A stretch of DNA of 63,415 nucleotides, filler included, from Octopus bimaculoides (GCF_001194135.2; 5 parts of 4 records of this genome joined end to end with filler, not necessarily neighbours in it), one strand, 5' to 3'; positions 37,529 to 50,927 are shown, counted from the first letter of the whole stretch. Notes: generated by a model from the letters alone, not told the origin. Numbers and translations: made by a program.

Positions 37529-38265
37529 TATGTGCTTATCGCTTATATGATACGAAATATGTTAATTTTACATAATTTTTCGTTGAAGGTGGAATCAACA
37601 GAATAGTGATGTTAGTTTTGAAATTTACAGCCGTACTAACTGCAATTTCCTAGCTTGTTACGTCAATACTTGATATTAACGCAGATGTCCAGTCAAATGG
37701 ATTATTGCGAATGATGCATTATCAGACAAAATCTTGTAACAAAATAATAAACAAAAATAAACAAACAAACAAAAAAAAAAACCGAAAACAATGCAAAATG
37801 CAACAGCAAAACTATAAACACACGACAAAATCTCCTTCAAAAAAACATGAACAAAAATAAAAATACAAACAAGCAAATTTCAATTGCTGTTTTCCATTTG
37901 ACACAACCATGTTTATATGATACGCTATCCCATTATCAAGATATTTATAATATTAATTCGTAAAAACAGCGAAAATAATTGTATCAGCTGTCTCATTGTT
38001 AATTTTCTACTCGCTCTTGTCAAGTCTGAGAGGATATCTATGTTCATATGATGAGGAGAGTAAACTTTAGGTCATAGCTTTTCTCTCTCGGTATATTTAC
38101 CATGATATTGATTTCTCACATAGAGACTAAACCAAAACTATACGTACATACATACATGCATACATATACACACATATAAAATACACAATTATATATAAAT
38201 GTATGTGTTGTATGTAAGCGCATCTATGCATGTGTATATATGCATATATATTCTTGTATGTGTGA

Positions 38266-38300
<35 letters not shown>

Positions 38301-38654
38301 AACATATATATATATATATATATATATACTTATACATACATACATGTATATATATATATACATATATATACACAGATGCTCATATACATATACGCGTATA
38401 NNNNNNNNNNNNNNNNNNNNNNNNNNNNNNNNNNNNNNNNNNNNNNNNNNNNNNNNNNNNNNNNNNNNNNNNNNNNNNNNNNNNNNNNNNNNNNNNNNNN
38501 NNNNNNNNNNNNNNNNNNNNNNNNNNNNNNNNNNNNNNNNNNNNNNNNNNNNNNNNNNNNNNNNNNNNNNNNNNNNNNNNNNNNNNNNNNNNNNNNNNNN
38601 NNNNTATGTATGTATAGGAGACCAAAGTGTACGTACGCCGCTATATGTATATAA

Positions 38655-38830
38655 AAATAATACAAAAAATGGGACAAGAACGCAACAGGCGACTACAAAA
38701 CATCCAGACAGTTAGATGATACAAAAGGAGACAAGTTAAAACAAGGACGGGTCATTCGGAGTTTTCTTTCGTCAATCGAGTTCCAGATTATCTTTGCAGT
38801 TTCGGTTGGTTATACTCGAGACTGCTCCGG
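38655..38830. repeat. Unclassified interspersed repeat, partial copy of 60955-61660
   Basis: Shared AATGGGACAAGAACGCAA...ACAAGGACGGGTCATTCGGAGTTTTC...GAGTTCCAGATTATCTTTGCA. Confidence 0.85.
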
Positions 38831-39600
38831 GCAGATTGGAGAAGTGGAGAAAGGGGTACAATAGCATATATCTTGTCAGGGTGCAGAATAGCACTTTTTC
38901 AAGGCAGATATAAGTGGCCCCATGACAGGGTGTTTGCAGCACCTGCTCACACACTGGATCAGGAAAGGCTCAAGAAACATCATCACCAGGAGAAAGCAAC
39001 AACAGAAATTAAGTTCGTGAAAGAGGGAGAGATGCCAGTAAAGTCATCAAAAACAATGCGAAGCTTGTTGCATGGATCTCAACCATGGGATATGAAAGTG
39101 GACCTAAGGAAGGGACTGCAGTTTACCCAGGTCGTCCATACAACTCTGAGGCCAGATGTGGTCCTGTGGTCTGAAAAGGCCTAGAAAATTATCATAATTG
39201 AACTCAGTCCCGTGGGAAGAGGGGTGTGATGAGGCTCATGAACGGAAGTGTGCAAAATATGAGAGCTATCTGCAGGATTGCTGGGAGAAGGGATGGTAGG
39301 TATGGCCTTTACTATTCGAGGTTGGCTATAGGGGACTCCCTGCTCAGACGGCATGGAGGATGCTTACAGCTATTGGAATGAGAGGAAAGGAGCGAAAGGT
39401 GCCTGTGCGCAAGATGGGAGAGGCAACTGAAAGAATCTCTTATTGGCTTTGGAGTAAGAGAGAGGAGTTAAGCTGGAAGACAGGAGAAGATGAGGAGCAG
39501 TGGATTGCCCACCTCTGCTGACTCACTGCTGACCAACGGGAGGGTTCAGGGTCGAAACAGCCAATGAACGTTGTATACCGTCTGATGACATCAGTTTTTT
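38831..39600 (+). mobile_element. HERO-type RLE non-LTR retrotransposon 3' fragment
   Basis: GERGTIAYILSGC (zinc knuckle), YKWPHDRV, TTLRPDVVLWS, IIELxVPWEE, FEVGYRG, followed by a 3' UTR. Confidence 0.9.
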
Positions 39601-39818
39601 CTGGCCGAAGCTCCATTCACTTAGAAAAAGCACCTCCTTCTAGGTGATGTTAACGCACACGCACACGTACACACACACACACATTTATTGATAGAAAGAC
39701 AGATCGATAGATGCACATATAACTAATGTGTGTATGCACACATAAGCCTTCATACATACACATATGTTTCTTTCTCTTTCACACACACACACACGCACTC
39801 TCCCTCTCTCTCTCTATA

Positions 39819-39891
<73 letters not shown>

Positions 39892-40919
39892 NNNNNNNNN
39901 NNNNNNNNNNNNNNNNNNNNNNNNNNNNNNNNNNNNNNNNNNNNNNNNNNNNNNNNNNNNNNNNNNNNNNNNNNNNNNNNNNNNNNNNNNNNNNNNNNNN
40001 NNNNNNNNNNNNNNNNNNNNNNNNNNNNNNNNNNNNNNNNNNNNNNNNNNNNNNNNNNNNNNNNNNNNNNNNNNNNNNNNNNNNNNNNNNNNNNNNNNNN
40101 NNNNNNNNNNNNNNNNNNNNNNNNNNNNNNNNNNNNNNNNNNNNNNNNNNNNNNNNNNNNNNNNNNNNNNNNNNNNNNNNNNNNNNNNNNNNNNNNNNNN
40201 NNNNNNNNNNNNNNNNNNNNNNNNNNNNNNNNNNNNNNNNNNNNNNNNNNNNNNNNNNNNNNNNNNNNNNNNNNNNNNNNNNNNNNNNNNNNNNNNNNNN
40301 NNNNNNNNNNNNNNNNNNNNNNNNNNNNNNNNNNNNNNNNNNNNNNNNNNNNNNNNNNNNNNNNNNNNNNNNNNNNNNNNNNNNNNNNNNNNNNNNNNNN
40401 NNNNNNNNNNNNNNNNNNNNNNNNNNNNNNNNNNNNNNNNNNNNNNNNNNNNNNNNNNNNNNNNNNNNNNNNNNNNNNNNNNNNNNNNNNNNNNNNNNNN
40501 NNNNNNNNNNNNNNNNNNNNNNNNCTGACAGAAGTAGTTGAGTTTAACTGTAGGCGTTAAGAGTCGCTGGTGCAGATTAAGATGGTCTACATCAAAATCC
40601 GAAATCGTGATCCGACTATATACGCTGGGGACTTAATTTATTTATGTTGCATGCCTCGTCTCTCTGTTTTTTTTTCCGTTTTTTTTCGTTGTTCAAAAAG
40701 TTCGTTTTCTGTTGTCGTTTCGCATTGTGTTTAACGTTTTTTGTGATGTCCTGTACCCATATATGCATGTATGTATACATAGAGATGTAGGTATGTACAT
40801 ATATGTATGGATATATGCATATATTTATATATTATTTATATTATTATATGATCGAACGCCACGCATCTTTCCTCCAAGAAAGTTATATATATATATATGT
40901 ATATATATATGGTAGTTCC

Positions 40920-41110
40920 TCAGTATGGTCACATGTGAATCGTTGGCGATTTTCTTCCTCTGTCTTCATTTTCGATTGGACTTTCCTCTGTTTCTGAAGA
41001 AGAGCGTTGCTCGAAACGTTAAACCATCTTTCTTTCCTTCCCTGAGCGTCTGCTAATACTTTACATGTACCAAGTTCTCGCGTTGTTGTTTTATTTGTGT
41101 TTGTTCTTCG
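40920..41110 (+). mobile_element. Penelope pseudo-LTR-like fragment carrying a hammerhead
   Basis: Inferred from the minimal hammerhead type and the T-rich tail. No ORF is attached. Confidence 0.55.
40990..41024 (+). ncRNA. Minimal type I hammerhead ribozyme motif (dimer-type), core intact
   Basis: GTTT CTGAAGA A GAGC-gtt-GCTC GAAAC GTT AAAC. Stem I 4 bp, stem II 4 bp, palindromic AACGTT stem III. Confidence 0.8.
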
Positions 41111-41232
41111 TTTTTTTTTGCGGATTTACTATATATAAAACTGTGATAAGTGTGTACATATATGTACATATAGAAACATACATATATGTATAATATACTT
41201 TTATAAGAAGACGGGTGAGAAAGGTTTCGAAC

Positions 41233-41272
41233 AGTCCGACGAAGGATACAGGGCAGAAACTGCGAAGTCACT
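41233..41272 (+). ncRNA. Decayed hammerhead-like motif
   Basis: AGT cCGACGA A ggatacagggca GAAACT-gcga-AGTC ACT. Stems I and III and the GUC triplet are present. Stem II does not close and U4 is mutated. Confidence 0.35.
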
Positions 41273-41629
41273 TTCACTCACCTTCTCTTCTAAAAGTATA
41301 ATAAAAATGTGCTCTACAGAAAGTATTGAAGCAACTCTTTGGTTTAATGTTAAATTGTTTCTATTATAACTCGACACATGAACAAATATATAAGTGTGTG
41401 TGCGTGTTTGTGTGTGTAAGCAGTTGTTTATTTGTCTATCGTCAACCTTTGATACATAACCGAAAGCATCGTGGACAAACAAGATCAGAGGTCCATGTCT
41501 GTTTTTAACCTCTGTCCATTTCTAAGTACACAATCACACTTCCCTTCTCACAAAATAAGCATTAATTCTTCACAAGTGCTAATTGCGGTTTTTTTTGGTT
41601 GATGTCATTGTTTATTATCATCATCATTA

Positions 41630-41676
<47 letters not shown>

Positions 41677-42580
41677 GTTGTCGTTGTTGTTATTATTATT
41701 ATTATTATAGAAAAGAAAAAGACAAATGAACAATGTACACCTGTAATTTGTTTTANNNNNNNNNNNNNNNNNNNNNNNNNNNNNNNNNNNNNNNNNNNNN
41801 NNNNNNNNNNNNNNNNNNNNNNNNNNNNNNNNNNNNNNNNNNNNNNNNNNNNNNNNNNNNNNNNNNNNNNNNNNNNNNNNNNNNNNNNNNNNNNNNNNNN
41901 NNNNNNNNNNNNNNNNNNNNNNNNNNNNNNNNNNNNNNNNNNNNNNNNNNNNNNNNNNNNNNNNNNNNNNNNNNNNNNNNNNNNNNNNNNNNNNNNNNNN
42001 NNNNNNNNNNNNNNNNNNNNNNNNNNNNNNNNNNNNNNNNNNNNNNNNNNNNNNNNNNNNNNNNNNNNNNNNNNNNNNNNNNNNNNNNNNNNNNNNNNNN
42101 NNNNNNNNNNNNNNNNNNNNNNNNNNNNNNNNNNNNNNNNNNNNNNNNNNNNNNNNNNNNNNNNNNNNNNNNNNNNNNNNNNNNNNNNNNNNNNNNNNNN
42201 NNNNNNNNNNNNNNNNNNNNNNNNNNNNNNNNNNNNNNNNNNNNNNNNNNNNNNNNNNNNTATATATACATATGCATATATAAGTATGTATGTATGTATG
42301 TATGTATGTATGTATGTATGTATGTATGTATGTATGTATGTATGTATGTATATACGCCCGCGTGTATACACAAATAGACATACATATTCATCATTCCTGT
42401 CAAGTTTTATATGCAATATGCATAATTCCCACTTTGTGTCACACGCTCAATAATGCCGGCTGCTTAGCATTTATATTTGTCTTCAGAATTTTCTAGTATT
42501 ACCATCACAACCACAACCACAACCACTATAAAAATCATCATCATCATCATCATCATAGTCGTCGTCGTCGTCATCACCGC

Positions 42581-42617
<37 letters not shown>

Positions 42618-43666
42618 TTCATCGTCGTCGTCATCAACATCATCATCATTATCATCATCATCATCATCTTCAACATCATCGTCAATGGCATCATCATCAT
42701 CATCTTCGTCGTCATCATCATGACCACTACCGCCTCCACCCCCACCCAACCCCAACTACCACCACCGCCGCCACCGCCGCCGGCACCACCACCCACCGTC
42801 GTCGCCGCCACCATCGACCACTCGTCATCACTACTACGTAGACGTGCCAGTCCCTCCTCTACGGATTGGCACTGTCTCTTTGATATAGCAGATATTCCCA
42901 ACAATATTGAGATTTCTCCAGATCTTCCCACCATTCTTTGTCTTTCACAAAGTGGAGCGACAATTTGCATAAGATTTCCCAGAGTACCCTCCTCACAAGA
43001 CACGTTGTTGACGTTACTATTGTTGTTGTTATTGATGTTGCTGTTGTTGTTGTTGTTGTTGTTGGTGGTGGTGTTAGACGAGCAACAGAAGAGATCATGA
43101 ATTTTAATGTATCTGCAATGATTTCAATCTGAGCGACAGAGAATGGCAGGAAGACGAAGAAAGACGAAGAGGGAAGAGGGGCGGGGAAGAGGAAGGGGAT
43201 GAGGAGGAATACGAGGAGAGGAAAGACAAACAAAAGACCAGGAACAAAGACCGTTGAAAGATCATATCTGATATAATGGTAGATCTTGGGACATTACATG
43301 ACATAAACACACACACACGCACGCATACACACACGCACACAGGCACCCCCCCCCCAACAAAAACACACATAAATACACGCGCGAACATACATGCACGTAC
43401 ATATGCAGACATAAACACGCATATATATATATATATATANNNNNNNNNNNNNNNNNNNNNNNNNNNNNNNNNNNNNNNNNNNNNNNNNNNNNNNNNNNNN
43501 NNNNNNNNNNNNNNNNNNNNNNNNNNNNNNNNNNNNNNNNNNNNNNNNNNNNNNNNNNNNNNNNNNNNNNNNNNNNNNNNNNNNNNNNNNNNNNNNNNNN
43601 NNNNNNNNNNNNNNNNNNNNNNNNNNNNNNNNNNNNNNNNNNNNNNNNNNNNNNNNNNNNNNNNNN

Positions 43667-43714
<48 letters not shown>

Positions 43715-44098
43715 CATATATATACACACACTCTCACATACATGCTCAAACATGCACGCGCTCACACATATGCATACATATTTTCGTGTATATAAATATG
43801 TTTATATACGTACACACACGCACACACACACGCACGCACATATATGTATATATATGCATATACACGTACGCACATATACACTTACACAGACACACCCAAA
43901 CACACACACACACACACATATATATACAAACCACGCAAACACCCAGACATGTGCAGGTGCTTCAAACACATCACGTATAAATAAAAAAAACTCATATATA
44001 CATACACATATATACGCACAAATCCATATAGGCACACACACACACAAGCAGACATGCACGCACGTACACTCTCCGACATAAGAAAACGAAGCAACACA

Positions 44099-44151
<53 letters not shown>

Positions 44152-44634
44152 ACACCATGCAGATACAAACACATTCATATATATATGTATATATATATAT
44201 ATATCGTAAAATATATTTGCCAAATAAAAGTGGCGGTCCCATAGAGGACGATGTTACTGTTGTTTTTAGCCCTAGGACGACATCTCCAGCTGGAGATTTA
44301 GGTAAATAAGTGTTTTTTTTTTCTATCAAACATAACTAATTTTTGATGCCACCTGATATATCCGAAGACACTTATTCGTGAAATGCACCACAAGAAACTC
44401 AGAGTAACGTTGTTTCAAGATTCAGTTTTTAATAAACAATATGCCCCGTCTAATGTTTCTATTGGGTACGTTCTTCTTTTCGTTTCTATCACAAATATCG
44501 ATTTGTTTATCCATCTATTTCTCTATCATTCGTTGAGAACTTTGAAATATATTGCAAGAAATTCCTTCTGTGCAGCAGACGCAGTTTGAGATTAAAATAG
44601 CAATTTATGTATCATACTTACCTTTTACCTGTTA

Positions 44635-45064
44635 TTTTTTACTTGTTTCAGTCATTAGACTGCGGTCATGCGGGAGCATTCCTTGCATCATTTTTTAGTT
44701 GATTGAATCAACTCCAGTACTTATTTTTTTAAAGCCTGGTACTTATTCTATTGGTCCTTTTGCCAAACCGCTATGTTACAGGGACGTAAACACACTAACA
44801 CCTGTTGTCAAGCGGTGGTGGGAAACAAACCAGCCACAAAGACACCCACGCACACACACCTACACACACAGAAACACACACACAAACACACATACATATA
44901 CGACGGGTTTCTTACAGTTTCGATCTACAAAATCCACTCACAAGGCTTTGGTCAGCCCAAGGCTAAAAAGTAGAGGACACTTGTCCAAGGTGCCACACAG
45001 TGGAACTGAACCCAGAAGCATGTGGTAAGGAAGCAAGTTTCTTCTCAAACAGACACGCCTGCCC
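44635..45064 (-). mobile_element. Family B SINE, full length with internal (TG)n
   Basis: Head, ACCTTGGACAAG core, microsatellite, and CTAATGACTGAAACAAG tail. Confidence 0.9.
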
Positions 45065-45275
45065 CTCTAAATGCAAATATATCTCGGAAAGCCAAATTAA
45101 CTGCGGTATTAGCAGTGCCGCCACCGCTGCTGGACNNNNNNNNNNNNNNNNNNNNNNNNNNNNNNNNNNNNNNNNNNNNTTAATTAATTAANNNNNNNNN
45201 NNNNNNNNNNNNNNNNNNNNNNNNNNNNNNNNNNNAAAAAAACCAATATTTTTTTTATTCATGTGGTTTTATGTA

Positions 45276-45701
45276 CCGTAAATCCTCGAGTATAGTCCGC
45301 CCTTGAGTATAATACGCAGGGGATTTTTAGGCGGTTGTACCTCTGAAAAACCTAAACCTTGTGTATAATACGCACCCCTTCTCTAACTTAAGTAAAGGAG
45401 GTCTATATAACGTCCTTGGTTTGTAAACATATATACGATAACGCCCTTTATTATTATTGTATATATAACATAATGCAAACGTGTAGCTTTTTTGTGCACT
45501 TTGTTTGCAGAAAATAAAGAAATAACAGTAATAACGTCAGTGAAAAATAAATATTAAGTAAATTGCCTTTACATATTTATCACTTGGAAAATTTTGCTTA
45601 GAAAAGGTTTTTCATTTTTAACCTCGTATAGAGTACGCACTAGAAATTTTGACCTTTAAATTTTGGGAAAGAATGTGCGGATTATACTCGAGGATTTACG
45701 G
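45276..45701. mobile_element. pogo/Tc2-type MITE, 426 bp
   Basis: 25-bp TIRs CCGTAAATCCTCGAGTATA(G/A)TCCGC with one mismatch. TA on both sides (45274-75 and 45702-03). Confidence 0.92.
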
Positions 45702-45949
45702 TATATATATATATATTGGACAAATGTCTTCTCTTGTAGTCTCGAATTTTACATAATACATATGTGTACACGCACCTATGTGTTTGTGTTATATATACAC
45801 ACATATACATACACATGAACATATAAGTTTTCGAAGAGCTCTGCAATATTATCAGTTAACGGAAATATTGCACCACCACACCATAACCGCCATAATCTCA
45901 TCATAATTATCCTGGAGATCATCCAGCAATTATATATCTCTCTCTTTCT

Positions 45950-46045
45950 CTCTCTCCTTCTGTCTCCTCTCTCTCCTTCTGTCTCCTCTCTCTCCTTCTG
46001 TCTCCTCTCTCTCCTTCTGTCTCCTCTCTCCCCTTCTGTCTCCTC
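45950..46045. repeat. 21-bp polypyrimidine minisatellite, about 5 units
   Basis: Repeats of TCTCCTTCTGTCTCCTCTCTC. Confidence 0.9.
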
Positions 46046-46289
46046 TCTTTCCCTACCTCTTTCTCCATATGTATGTGTGTATATATGTGCGTGTGTGTGT
46101 GTATGTGTGTGCATCTCTGTGTGTATGCAAACACATACGCACATACACACACACACAATCAAAATAAGTAACAGGGTGTCATGTATTAGTGCAATATATA
46201 CATATATCCTCACGGTGGTGCACCAGCATGACCGCAGCCACTTGGCTGAAACACATAAATAAATAAATATATATATATATATATATATG

Positions 46290-46325
<36 letters not shown>

Positions 46326-46391
46326 NNNNNNNNNNNNNNNNNNNNNNNNNNNNNNNNNNNNNNNNNNNNNNNNNNNNNNNNNNNNNNNNNN

Positions 46392-46433
<42 letters not shown>

Positions 46434-46836
46434 GGATGTTTATGTATTTGTGTGTGCTTTACATAGCAGGAAGACGTGTAATTAGCTGTTGTAAGGTGCC
46501 GTTATATCTGATTGCAAATGAGAAGGTAACTCTTTGAAAATTTTCCCTTTCCCAGGGCCATTCACCCACTCTTTCCATAACGATCACAACATACACCACC
46601 GTCGCCACCACCACCACCATCACCACGTACACTGAAAATATGAAAGTAAAAGTGTAAAACAATGGGAGAGAGAGAGAGAGAGAGACAGTGAAGGGGAGTG
46701 TAAGAATACATTGTATATAATATCTGTATGTATAATTCATACATGCATACACATAAACAAACATGCATATATTATACCACACTACTTAAAACAAAGAGGG
46801 AATTGTGTGTGTGTGTGTGAGTGTGTGTGTGTGTGT

Positions 46837-46878
<42 letters not shown>

Positions 46879-47476
46879 TAGCCCAGTATGGCAACAAGCT
46901 ACTGACTGAAACAAATAAATAAAAATAACATGTATGTATGTATGTATGTATATACACATACATATATATATGTGTATATACATACATATATATATGTGTA
47001 TATGCATACATATATATATGTGTATATACATACATATATATATGTGTATATACATACATATATATATACAGTGTGTGTGTGTATATGCATGTGTGTGTAT
47101 GTGTGTCTATGTTTGTCCCCATCATCGCTTGACAGCCGGTGTTGGTTTGTTTACGTCACCGTAACTTAGTGGTTCGGCAAAAGAGCAGGCGATAGAATAA
47201 CTACTATTTCTCTACCAAAATATAACTCCCAGACAGCAATACTTGCAACTTCACACAGGCAAAAAGAAAAAGTAACGAATTCACCCGGCAATCAAGAGAA
47301 ATAGTAGTTTTGACTGCTATTTCTAATTTTCGGTGTGTGGTGAAGCAATTCTTGCTGATCCCTAATTTTAATTATGTTTATATAAGTTTATCGATAATGG
47401 TTTTTTAACACACCGAACTACTTGGTAAAATTACTAATTATTATTTAATTATTAATTTTACCCTATATCTGAAAGA

Positions 47477-47509
<33 letters not shown>

Positions 47510-47599
47510 CATATATATATATGGGTGAGAAAGTTGGTATGTGAAAGCACGTGGTTGGATGTATAAAAGATAAACAAGAGTGAAAAAACTACAGAAGGC

Positions 47600-48415
47600 T
47601 TGTGTAACATGGTTAAAATATATATTTAAATTGTTATTTCAGAATAATATTATACAATTTTGGGTATAGAAACATTGTATTTGGAGAAATAACCGGTTTC
47701 GTGTTGTCTTTTCAAACTTCTGTACTTGTATCGTAACATGTCTTCGTTCCAGTGTGTAAAATAGAGTTCTAGATAGGGGGAGGTAATCAGGGATTTTTTC
47801 CGGTATAAGGGAGATAATCGAAATGTAGAAGGTGATAGATTTTGATTAATTTACCATGGTTTGGTTTAGAAGGAATAGAATGTTANNNNNNNNNNNNNNN
47901 NNNNNNNNNNNNNNNNNNNNNNNNNNNNNNNNNNNNNNNNNNNNNNNNNNNNNNNNNNNNNNNNNNNNNNNNNNNNNNNNNNNNNNNNNNNNNNCTGAAC
48001 GATAATCCCGTGGACCCTATGTAGTTTTCGCGGCAGCACGAGCATCTTATTACATAAATAAGGTTTTCTGAGGCACAAGTAAAGTCAGATTTAACTTTGA
48101 ATTTTTGTCCCTCTTTGAAAAGGAATTCTGAACCTCCTAGAAGGTTTGGGCATGTTGCGCAATTTGGTCGACCACATTTTTTCACTTTTGTATGTTATTT
48201 TGGAAAATAATTTTGCCTTTGTGAGGATCTTTTTTAGTGATTTTGGTTGTTTGTAGCTTTTAATGATTTTGTGTGTGTGTAAAATTTCCTTTAATTTGGG
48301 GTCCTTATGTAGCATTGGTATGTTTTGGGTGATGATGGTGAAGGCTTCTTTGTTTCTGGGGTTGTATGTGGATATGTAAGGCAGTATTTTCGGGGAAGGT
48401 GTGTTGCTGTGATGT
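47600..48415 (-). mobile_element. Penelope-like element: linker, GIY-YIG endonuclease and 3' end
   Basis: LPYISTYNPRN...KQPKSLKKILTKAK; KKCGRPNCATC...FTCASENLIYVIRCSCCRENYIGSTG. Frameshifted and crosses a gap. Confidence 0.9.
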
Positions 48416-48494
48416 AACACTAAGCATTTTGCCTGGCGTGCTAACTATTGTGCCAGCTCGCCACCTTTATAATTATAATAATAATATCAGAGAA

Positions 48495-48787
48495 TTCAGA
48501 TCGCCAAGATGTGACAGCTGCGTGAGTCAAACATAAAGGTTGTTCCTGTAGTCATCGGCGTACTGGGTTCAATACCACCCGACCTGAAGAAACATCTAGA
48601 CACTTTAGAAATACCCTACAATCTTGATGTATTACACAAATCCACTTTACTTAGAACTGCACGCATACTGCGTAAAGTATTGTCTGTCTGAGGTCCTTAT
48701 TGTGATTTGACAAACAGTACAGCTCCCTAGTACACATGATATCTTCAAGCTTCAGCGTCACTATATTGGGTACTGTGTGACGTCTTC

Positions 48788-48790
<3 letters not shown>
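48495..48790 (+). mobile_element. R4/Dong-type 3' end with (AAT)n tail
   Basis: IKVVPVVIGVLGSIPPDLKKHL...STLLRTARILRKVLSV*. Confidence 0.85.
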
Positions 48791-48865
<75 letters not shown>

Positions 48866-50075
48866 ACACAATGGAAAAAACTAGTTCAGGGCAATGCACA
48901 CATGGGCTGTTTCCCTAATGCGATATGGCGCAGGTGTTGTTAAGGGGACAAAGAACGAGCTTGAGGAAATGGATAGGAAAACCAGAAGAGTGATGACAGT
49001 AAACAAGGAACTACACCCCAAAAGCGATACAGACAGACTGTATGTGCCTAGAAACAGGGGAGAAAGAGGCCTCATAGGTTACAAGATCAGTGTTGTGAAC
49101 GAGAAAAACAGCCTGGAATGGTACATCAAACGGCAGACTGAATCTTGCTTGTTGCTGTTAGAATTAACAATACCTGTCGAAAATGTGATGAAACCCACAA
49201 ACATTTAAGAAACAAGATGAAGAAAGAGTAACAATTGGAAGATGAAATCACTGTATAGGCAATATCTCAGAGAAATAGAAGGAAAAGACAAGATAAACAC
49301 TTGGAAATGGCTAAGGAAGAGTGATCTGAAAGGATGCACTGAGGCATTGATATGCAGCACATAGGAGCGACTCTGAGAACCAATTACACCGAGTTTCAAA
49401 TAGATTAGAAAAGGGAATCGCCCCTTTGTGGGATGCGAAGCAGCAGAAACGAAACAGTCTCACATATTTTGAGTGAGTGTTGCAAGCTGGCCCAAAAGCG
49501 CTACAAAAGTAGGCATGATAACTTGGTTGAGTTTGTCCACTGGAGGAGATGTAAAAAGAGCGGACGGAACAGAGCACAGAATTATGAACCAGGAGTCACG
49601 AAGAACAAGAAAGATAAGATACTGTGGGATTTTACAATCCAATATGATTCCCTAATCGGGACTCGGAGACTAGATATTGTTGTGGTAGATAAAGGAAAAA
49701 AGGAAACCAAGATTAAAAATATTGCAATACTTGGGGATGTATGTATACGTGACAAGGAACTAGAAAGGACTGAAAAGTACAGACAACTAAATGACGAAAT
49801 TGTAAGAATGTGGACTATGAGGAAAGTGTCTATCATTCCAGTAGTTGCAGGGGCACTCGGAGCACTAACAGCCAAGTTCGAGAAATATGTCAGAGAAATC
49901 AGAATTGACATGAGAGCAGAGCAAGTCCCAAAAATCTGCTCTGCGGTGGACTGCTAGGATTTTGAGATTGGTACTTGGATGTTGAATGACTCTCATGATT
50001 ATTAAGAACTAAGGCTGTAGTCTGCCCTCACTGAATCAACCAGAACAAACAAGACTGAGCATTCTGAGAAGTAAA
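48866..50075 (+). mobile_element. R4/Dong-type LINE fragment (thumb, zinc knuckle, RLE)
   Basis: TWAVSLMRYGAG...LHPKSDTDRLYVPR..G.RGL; SPLCGM..RNETVSHILSEC; KILWDFTIQYD...RRLDIVVVDK; IPVVAGALG. Confidence 0.92.
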
Positions 50076-50176
50076 ACAACAGCAACAGAAACAACAACAA
50101 CAATAGAGGCAGCAGCAACAACAACAACAGCAGCAGCATCAACAGCAACAAGAAAAAAAAAAAACAACCAGTAAAG

Positions 50177-50685
50177 CCCTGGCTGTCATGGCTTCTGATC
50201 TTAACTGATTGGAAGTGTTATCATGTACATGTCTTGTCTTTGGTATAAAAGATGTGCTACAGCAAATATTCTGCTCAATACCACAGATTTCCTTGTCATT
50301 TGTTTGACCTTAACCAGTTGAACATATCCCTTGGTGGCTGATGATATGTGCACAAGCAGAAGTAGTGGGGGAGCATCATAGCCATGTGCTGGGAGGAATT
50401 CTTTGGGGTTTGAATAATTCACCTCTAGAAACACGGGTGTTTCGTTCAGCATCCTTAAACAACCTTTATTCTGGGACCTTTTGAGGGGGATGAGCTACAC
50501 GAACTGAAGAAAATTCTAACTGGGCCCCAATTGCAAAGTCATACACTGTTTATCTTGATATGAGATCAGTATGTGATGCATGTGCCTAGTGTACCCTTAC
50601 CAGACGGGTAGTGATGATGGGTATCTTGGGCTTCGTATATTTTACCCCAGTATCAGTTTGGTGGCATACGCTGCTCTCTCACCCA
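50177..50685 (+). mobile_element. Unclassified (AAT)n-tailed element, most complete copy
   Basis: Reverse-complement homologue of 20081-20550 and 20795-21062. Ends in (GAT)n(AAT)n. Confidence 0.82.
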
Positions 50686-50694
50686 ATGATGATG

Positions 50695-50736
<42 letters not shown>

Positions 50737-50738
<2 letters not shown>

Positions 50739-50927
50739 CAAAAACCCCAGGACTTACAAATATATATAACATACAGAAAATTGCACTACTGGGTACTGCA
50801 CACATTCTACGCAAAACACTTTCAATACAGTAAACATAAGAGCACCACAGCAAACCACAGCACATACCCAAGGCGCACAGAGCTGCGCTCGGTAGTGAAG
50901 TGAAAGCACGTTATAAAAATAAAACTA

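Noticed and set aside
32690-41024. Heterodimer between the two plus-strand AACGTT hammerheads
   Set aside because: Strand swapping needs cross-complementary stem I strands, and GACAC cannot pair with AAACC.
44282-44297. 16-bp perfect palindrome ATCTCCAGCTGGAGAT
   Set aside because: Short, isolated and inside repeat-like sequence, with no functional support.
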